Source of the DNA: Candidatus Obscuribacteraceae bacterium
GTDB taxonomy: Bacteria > Cyanobacteriota > Vampirovibrionia > Obscuribacterales > Obscuribacteraceae
DNA length: 64,000 nt
Assembly (NCBI GenBank): GCA_044229845.1
Contig: JBGASG010000002.1
Coordinates: 256,001 to 320,000, forward strand
Reading direction: 5' to 3'
The notes under the pieces were generated by a model. That model was not told the origin of the DNA, made no database searches, and saw only the letters and a program-made list of their open reading frames with translations. Positions 59,272-64,000 of this stretch are shown here, one piece after another. Made by a program: the position numbers and the translations under genes. How positions within the stretch are numbered: the first letter of the stretch is position 1; each line of letters starts with the position of its first letter.

Positions 59272-60834
59272 CTACCGGCTCCGCTTTTCGAGACGCACCG
59301 CTTCGTCCATGAACGGCTTCAGCTCGCCATGCACGGCCGCCACCGCCAGCAGTGCCTGCCACACTCCTACTTGAGCGACGGCCGCCTTCACTCGCGAGTC
59401 GGCTAAGACCTGATTGGCTTCGGCCACCTGGGCGACCGACCCCAGACCCACCTGATAACGCGCCTGCGCCTGCCGGCTGGCTTTATATGCCGCCGCCACC
59501 TGAACCGGCATGTTAGCCGCCAGCTCAACCGCTGCCTTGACGCGCGCCCGCGCCTGCATGTCTTGTGTGCGTAAGCTGGAAAGAATGTAATCGTAGTTGT
59601 GGCGCTGGGCAGCGATACGTTCTTGAACGACTTTCTTTTGGGCTTGAATGCGCAGAATGTCCATGAATGGGAAATCGATCACGACACCAACGTTCCAGTT
59701 AGGAATCGCGGTCGCAAACCCGTGTGCGTCCGCGGATTGGTCAAGTCCTTTGGTATTGAGACTGGAGCCGCGAAAGTTCATACCGCCCAGCCATCGAAAG
59801 ACCGGATAATACTCTTTGTCCAAGATGCGCTTGTAAGCGACTTCGCGAAGAATCGTCGCCTTGCCGCGCAAGGACAGAGGATGTGATTCAAACGAAGGGG
59901 TGCCCAGCTGCATATCAGGCGGCTCCGCAACATCGATGATCTCGCTGCTGTCGATCGCCAACCGCTTGCCACCGACGCCCAGCGAATTAGCCAGTTCAGC
60001 AATCGCCAGGTCATATTGCAGTCTGGCTCGAATCAGATCGTTTTGCGCATTCGCCAGTTGCGCATCAGCTAATGAGGCATCCGCCTCTGGTCGTAAATCC
60101 GCCCTGGCCTGCGCATGCACCACGCGGCTGAACTCGGCAAAGCGGTCGACGTTCGCTTGCGCAGCTTTGACTTGCTGCTCCATGACCACCGCCTGCAAAT
60201 AATCGCCGGCCGCCTGCACAACCACATCTAGTTGTGTTACCGCGTATTCGCTTTCCGCCACCGTCAGATCCGCTTTGGCACCTTGAATGCGCGCCTTGTG
60301 CAACCCAAAATCGATCGGCGCCCAGTCGATGATGAATCCGCTTCCCGAAAAGAACCCAGGGCTCATGTCAATCTTCTTGAAGCCCGGACCAGGGTTTGGT
60401 GGCAACACTGGACTGGAGAAGATCAGCTGAGTCAACTTATTGTGAGTCGCGACAACCTGTTGATACGATGCTAATGCAGTCGGATTGTATTCGCGAACCT
60501 TTTGCAGGGTCACTCCGCGCCTGGCAGCGGACACATCCGCACGTGCCTTCAATATCTTGGGATAGTTGGCGGCGGCGTACGCTACCGCACCTTGAAGGGT
60601 CAGTGCCTGAACAGGCGCCGACGGCTCACCATATGGTTTCAAAAAGATCGCCTGCCCTTTGACAAACGGTGTCACCTGGGGCGGATTTACAAGTGGTGGC
60701 GTATTCGGTGATGGCGGACGCAACGGTAGCGGCGCGTCCGACTCGGCAGCGCGGCACCGCCCAACTGCGGCAAGCAGAACCAGTCCCAAGAGGGCACAGC
60801 TGTGCAGAATTCTTATTGATATGCAGCGTCTCAC
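59272..60834 (-). CDS. TolC family outer-membrane efflux protein
   Basis: Signal peptide, OEP helical repeats, RYQVGLG; first gene of the RND operon. Confidence 0.9.
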   Translation of the reverse strand: MRRCISIRILHSCALLGLVLLAAVGRCRAAESDAPLPLRPPSPNTPPLVNPPQVTPFVKGQAIFLKPYGEPSAPVQALTLQGAVAYAAANYPKILKARADVSAARRGVTLQKVREYNPTALASYQQVVATHNKLTQLIFSSPVLPPNPGPGFKKIDMSPGFFSGSGFIIDWAPIDFGLHKARIQGAKADLTVAESEYAVTQLDVVVQAAGDYLQAVVMEQQVKAAQANVDRFAEFSRVVHAQARADLRPEADASLADAQLANAQNDLIRARLQYDLAIAELANSLGVGGKRLAIDSSEIIDVAEPPDMQLGTPSFESHPLSLRGKATILREVAYKRILDKEYYPVFRWLGGMNFRGSSLNTKGLDQSADAHGFATAIPNWNVGVVIDFPFMDILRIQAQKKVVQERIAAQRHNYDYILSSLRTQDMQARARVKAAVELAANMPVQVAAAYKASRQAQARYQVGLGSVAQVAEANQVLADSRVKAAVAQVGVWQALLAVAAVHGELKPFMDEAVRLEKRSR

Positions 60835-60890
60835 AATGGTTCGCCGGCAACAATCGGTTCACTGAGAACGTACCAAATGTGCGTTCGAAT

Positions 60891-60912
60891 ATTGTGCAAA
60901 CATTGTGTAAGT
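60891..60912 (-). promoter_or_regulatory. Probable OmpR-family binding site (11-bp direct repeat)
   Basis: ATTGTGCAAAC-ATTGTGTAAGT upstream of the TolC/RND/regulator/kinase operon. Confidence 0.55.
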
Positions 60913-60919
60913 CGGGGGG

Positions 60920-61789
60920 TTAAGTGCCGATTTTGGCCAGCAATCCCAACTCGCGCGCTCTCTCGAACAAGTGATGAAACAACCACCCGGCTGCCACCAG
61001 ATAAACCAGATTCAGTCCCGAGGCGATCAACAGGTCATTCAGGGGCAAGCTGTTTCCCGCCAGCACCGCACGCATGCCTTCGAAGGCGTGACTGGCCGGA
61101 ATCGCCTGCGCCAGAGGCTGCAGCCAGGGCGGCAAAACACTGATCGGATAGAACACCGCCGCCAGCGGCTGAATCAGAAACGGAATCGCCCACGCCAATG
61201 CTTCCGCCTGGTGCCCATAGCGCAAAATCAGTCCGGTGGTAGCCATACCAATCGCCCAGCCGAAGACCAGAAGATTAGCGAAGAGCGGCACCACATACCA
61301 ACCCAACGCAAAGAGATTGAAGTTGTAAGCCATGCCCATCACTGAAAGTACGGCTACGACAATCAAGGTCTGCACGAAACCTATAAAGTAAGTAGCGGCA
61401 ACGAACTCGCGCACACGCACCGGCGCCACGAAAATATTGAGAAAATTGCGCGACCAGACATCTTCCAGGAAAGAAACCGTCACCGACTGCTGAGCGCGAT
61501 ACAGCACGTTCCACAAGATGGCAGCGGCAATCAGAAATGTAATTGCTGCCGGAACCGGACCTGCGGAACCAATCGCGGCCGCGCCACCACCATTCCCACT
61601 CACCGCACCATTCACTGCGCCGGCTGCGCCACCGGCGGCACCGCTCATGCGCATCAGGTAAACCGAAACAAAACCCCAGACCAACAAATCCATTGCCGGC
61701 CAGAAGAAAATATCCAGGATGCGAAATGACGTGCGCGAATACAAAAAGATGTAGCGCAGGATCAGTCCGCGCACGGCAGACCAGTTCAT
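60920..61789 (-). CDS. ABC-2 type transporter permease
   Basis: Multiple TM segments, FYPISVLPPWLQ..A..IP; start reassigned to MNWSAVRG. Confidence 0.9.
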   Translation of the reverse strand: MNWSAVRGLILRYIFLYSRTSFRILDIFFWPAMDLLVWGFVSVYLMRMSGAAGGAAGAVNGAVSGNGGGAAAIGSAGPVPAAITFLIAAAILWNVLYRAQQSVTVSFLEDVWSRNFLNIFVAPVRVREFVAATYFIGFVQTLIVVAVLSVMGMAYNFNLFALGWYVVPLFANLLVFGWAIGMATTGLILRYGHQAEALAWAIPFLIQPLAAVFYPISVLPPWLQPLAQAIPASHAFEGMRAVLAGNSLPLNDLLIASGLNLVYLVAAGWLFHHLFERARELGLLAKIGT

Positions 61790-61853
61790 CAACATGATGC
61801 CGAGCCTCCCGCCGTGCTCACCGCGCTGTTCACCGTCCGGCTCACCGCCCCGT

Positions 61854-62654
61854 TCACGGTCCTTCTCCCTCTTCTTCGCCCTCAGCAATCAAATCGCCGC
61901 CGCGAGAGATATGTATAAACACCTCTTCCAAATTGTTCTGGTCAAAGCGCTGCACAATCTCATCAGGAGTTCCCGAGGCCAGCAGCCTTCCTTTACTGAC
62001 AAATATGAGGCGGTCGCAAACCTCCTCCACGTCCCGCATGTTATGCGAAGTTTGGATCATAGTAATTTTGCGTTCGCTCTGAACTCGCCTGAGCAACTTG
62101 CGCACCTTATCGGCAATGTCCGGATCCAGACTCGCCGTCGGTTCGTCCAACAAGAGCAGTTCCGGCTCGTTGAGCAACGCCTTGCAGAGATTGATGCGTG
62201 TCTGTTCGCCGCTGGATAGCTTTCCAGTGATCGAATTGCGAAACTGCTGCATCTCCAACAACTCGAGAAGCTCATCGATTTTCTTGAGCGGCTGCCGCAC
62301 TCCGTAGAGTTCCGCGAAGACGAGCAGGTTCTCCCACACCTTCAGGTTATGCGGCAGCATGACATACGCCGACGAAAAATTGCATCGCTTCAACACCTGC
62401 ACGCGATGCTTGTTCACATCCATCCCGAACACATTGACTGTGCCCTGCGTAGGGCTGATCAGACCCAACAATATTTGGATGGCTGTGGTTTTGCCGGCGC
62501 CATTCGGTCCCAGCAATCCCAAGATCTCTCCCTGGTTGACCGTGAACGAAAGGTCTTCGATAGCTACTTTGCTGCCGAAGGTTTTTCGTAAGTGCTGAAT
62601 CTCAACCACCGGTTTCTGGTGAGTGAGGACTGTTGCGTCCACTGGCATGACCAC
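61854..62654 (-). CDS. ABC transporter ATP-binding protein
   Basis: GPNGAGKTT, LSSGE, LLLLDEPT, SH. Confidence 0.95.
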   Translation of the reverse strand: MVMPVDATVLTHQKPVVEIQHLRKTFGSKVAIEDLSFTVNQGEILGLLGPNGAGKTTAIQILLGLISPTQGTVNVFGMDVNKHRVQVLKRCNFSSAYVMLPHNLKVWENLLVFAELYGVRQPLKKIDELLELLEMQQFRNSITGKLSSGEQTRINLCKALLNEPELLLLDEPTASLDPDIADKVRKLLRRVQSERKITMIQTSHNMRDVEEVCDRLIFVSKGRLLASGTPDEIVQRFDQNNLEEVFIHISRGGDLIAEGEEEGEGP

Positions 62655-62717
62655 ATCGGGAGCCGCCTAGTATACACCAACGCACCGGAAGCCGGCGGCG
62701 CAGCCGCCTACAATGAC

Positions 62718-62751
62718 GAAGGAGCGGCACCGAGTTTGGTGCCGCTTCTTT
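62718..62751. terminator. Strong terminator-like stem-loop
   Basis: GAAGGAGCGGCACC-gagttt-GGTGCCGCTTCTTT. Confidence 0.55.
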
Positions 62752-63354
62752 GCGCTCGTCAAATTTCTTCTTCCCCCGCCAGCCGCGCAGATTCGCACGT
62801 CACCGAATCGCCAAATTCGATGATATGAGGGACGGCAACAAAACGATGGCGCATCGGCGTCACGATCTTGTGTGGATTGGTGTTGCAGACGCTCGGTGCG
62901 CCTGCCTCGCTTTGCTGTGTTAGTGCCTTTAGGATGAGCGCTTATATACGGAGGCTGTCGATTTTTGACAACTTCTTGCCAACTTCGTTAAAGAAGGCGC
63001 CAGCTGCCCTTTTGAAGACTCACACATCGACCACCCACACCGACCACCTGTTCTCGTCGGTCACAAGTGTGCATAGCGCAGGTCCTCATGCCACCATTCA
63101 CGGTGGCTGAAATTCTCATTTCTCGGGTCGGCTCGGCTAAGCCCCCTCAATCTGGTAGCAGCTCAGCCATAAAACAAGGTTAACCGGCTGGTTCAGCGTC
63201 GCCATCTGTCCTCGTCGCAGAAAACAAAAAGACCGAGCGCCTGCTGCACCTTCTGCTGGCAACCAGTCCAGCATCCCCGCCGGTTGCCAAGCGCCGCAAC
63301 CCCGGAAAGCCTCTCCAGCGCCTGCTTCAACTTGAATTACCCTGTCCAGAAAAT

Positions 63355-63376
63355 TGCCAAACGATATCACTTTGGA
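63355..63376. repeat. GATATC-core palindromic repeat, single copy
   Basis: CCAAACGATATCACTTTGG. Confidence 0.7.
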
Positions 63377-63607
63377 GTTGACAGACTGGGGGAGCCGCCA
63401 AGAGGCTGTGTTCAAATGGGGCAAAAAGTCCCGCAAATAATGCAGATGTAAGCTCTCGCCAACATCCTGAACGAAGGTCAAGGTGCAGGTAATTAATAGC
63501 TAAGAGTGATTTGACATCCCCTTTAATGTCGGACAATATGGAGACTAAGGGCAAGGCGTCCCACGCCCGCCCCAGGCGCGCTAAGCGAGAGGAAGCCTGC
63601 TTCGTCC

Positions 63608-64000
63608 ATGCCGTCAACAAAAACACCACAAAAGAAACGTCGCAAACTGGAATCGCCGAAGTTGTCCGCGCCAAGGTCAGAATTCAGGGCCGGTCTGCCC
63701 CCCATCACTACCCGCCAGGAACGCATCGCCACAATGCTTTCGGTTCTGCCTGGCTTGGGTCAGATGTACAACGGCGAAGTGGGCAAAGGCTTTCTGTTTC
63801 TTGCGGTCACGCTGACCAACATAGCTTTCTGCTTGCTGCTGATTTTTCCTAATCACGTCACCCAGTTCATGGGCAATATCGCTCTGTCGCTAGGCGTTCA
63901 TCCCAAGTGGGATTTGAAGGCTGCTGCTGAGATTGCCCGCGAAGGCGCCCCGGCACTGTTTATCTACGTGGCCTGCCTGATTGCCTTCAGTGTTTACTCG
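63608..64000 (+). CDS. 5' part of a membrane protein with a PGLGQMYNG motif (runs off the window)
   Basis: Open frame MPSTKTPQK...LSVLPGLGQMYNGEVGKGFLFL...; GAGAGGAAG RBS; TTGACA(63511)-17 bp-CAATAT upstream. Confidence 0.75.
   Translation, partial: MPSTKTPQKKRRKLESPKLSAPRSEFRAGLPPITTRQERIATMLSVLPGLGQMYNGEVGKGFLFLAVTLTNIAFCLLLIFPNHVTQFMGNIALSLGVHPKWDLKAAAEIAREGAPALFIYVACLIAFSVYS

Noticed and set aside
62722..62751. Resemblance of GGCACCGAGTTTGGTGC to the SpCas9 tracrRNA 3' hairpin
   Set aside because: Short match with no anti-repeat, array or cas9 nearby; an ordinary terminator-like hairpin explains it
63511..63852. 113-aa ORF from the ORF track
   Set aside because: The overlapping frame starting at 63608 has an RBS and a recognisable membrane-protein motif and is the more likely gene

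Overview
Gene-dense, GC-rich bacterial chromosomal window with about 55 CDS. I saw no tRNA, rRNA, CRISPR array or intact transposase. The expanded exported TPR-caspase (peptidase C14) genes, TPR Ser/Thr kinase and DUF6745 protein suggest a Vampirovibrionia/Melainabacteria (Obscuribacterales-like) organism; this is inference only. Recognisable genes: a stand-alone rpsB, mtnB-mtnD-mtnC, msrA, crcB, nfo, add, a DEAD-box helicase, a TolC-RND-MFP-response regulator-kinase operon, an ABC-2 transporter, and two regulator/target divergons with visible operators. The most unusual signals are: (1) an acyl-carrier-protein homologue circularly permuted exactly at the phosphopantetheine serine; (2) a DUF2239 gene with three 32-bp-phased TTTTACCCGGGTAAAA palindromes bracketing its promoter; (3) 13 intergenic copies of a palindrome, core AARYGATATCRYTT, in 6 clusters; (4) a ~500-nt hairpin-dense non-coding segment between a near-consensus promoter and a small exported protein gene; (5) three exported caspase-family proteases plus a collapsed TPR-CHAT remnant; (6) a Ser-to-Ala pseudo-hydrolase and a TIGR02391 protein lacking its HEPN motif. 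All family assignments come from motif recognition by eye, not from database searches.
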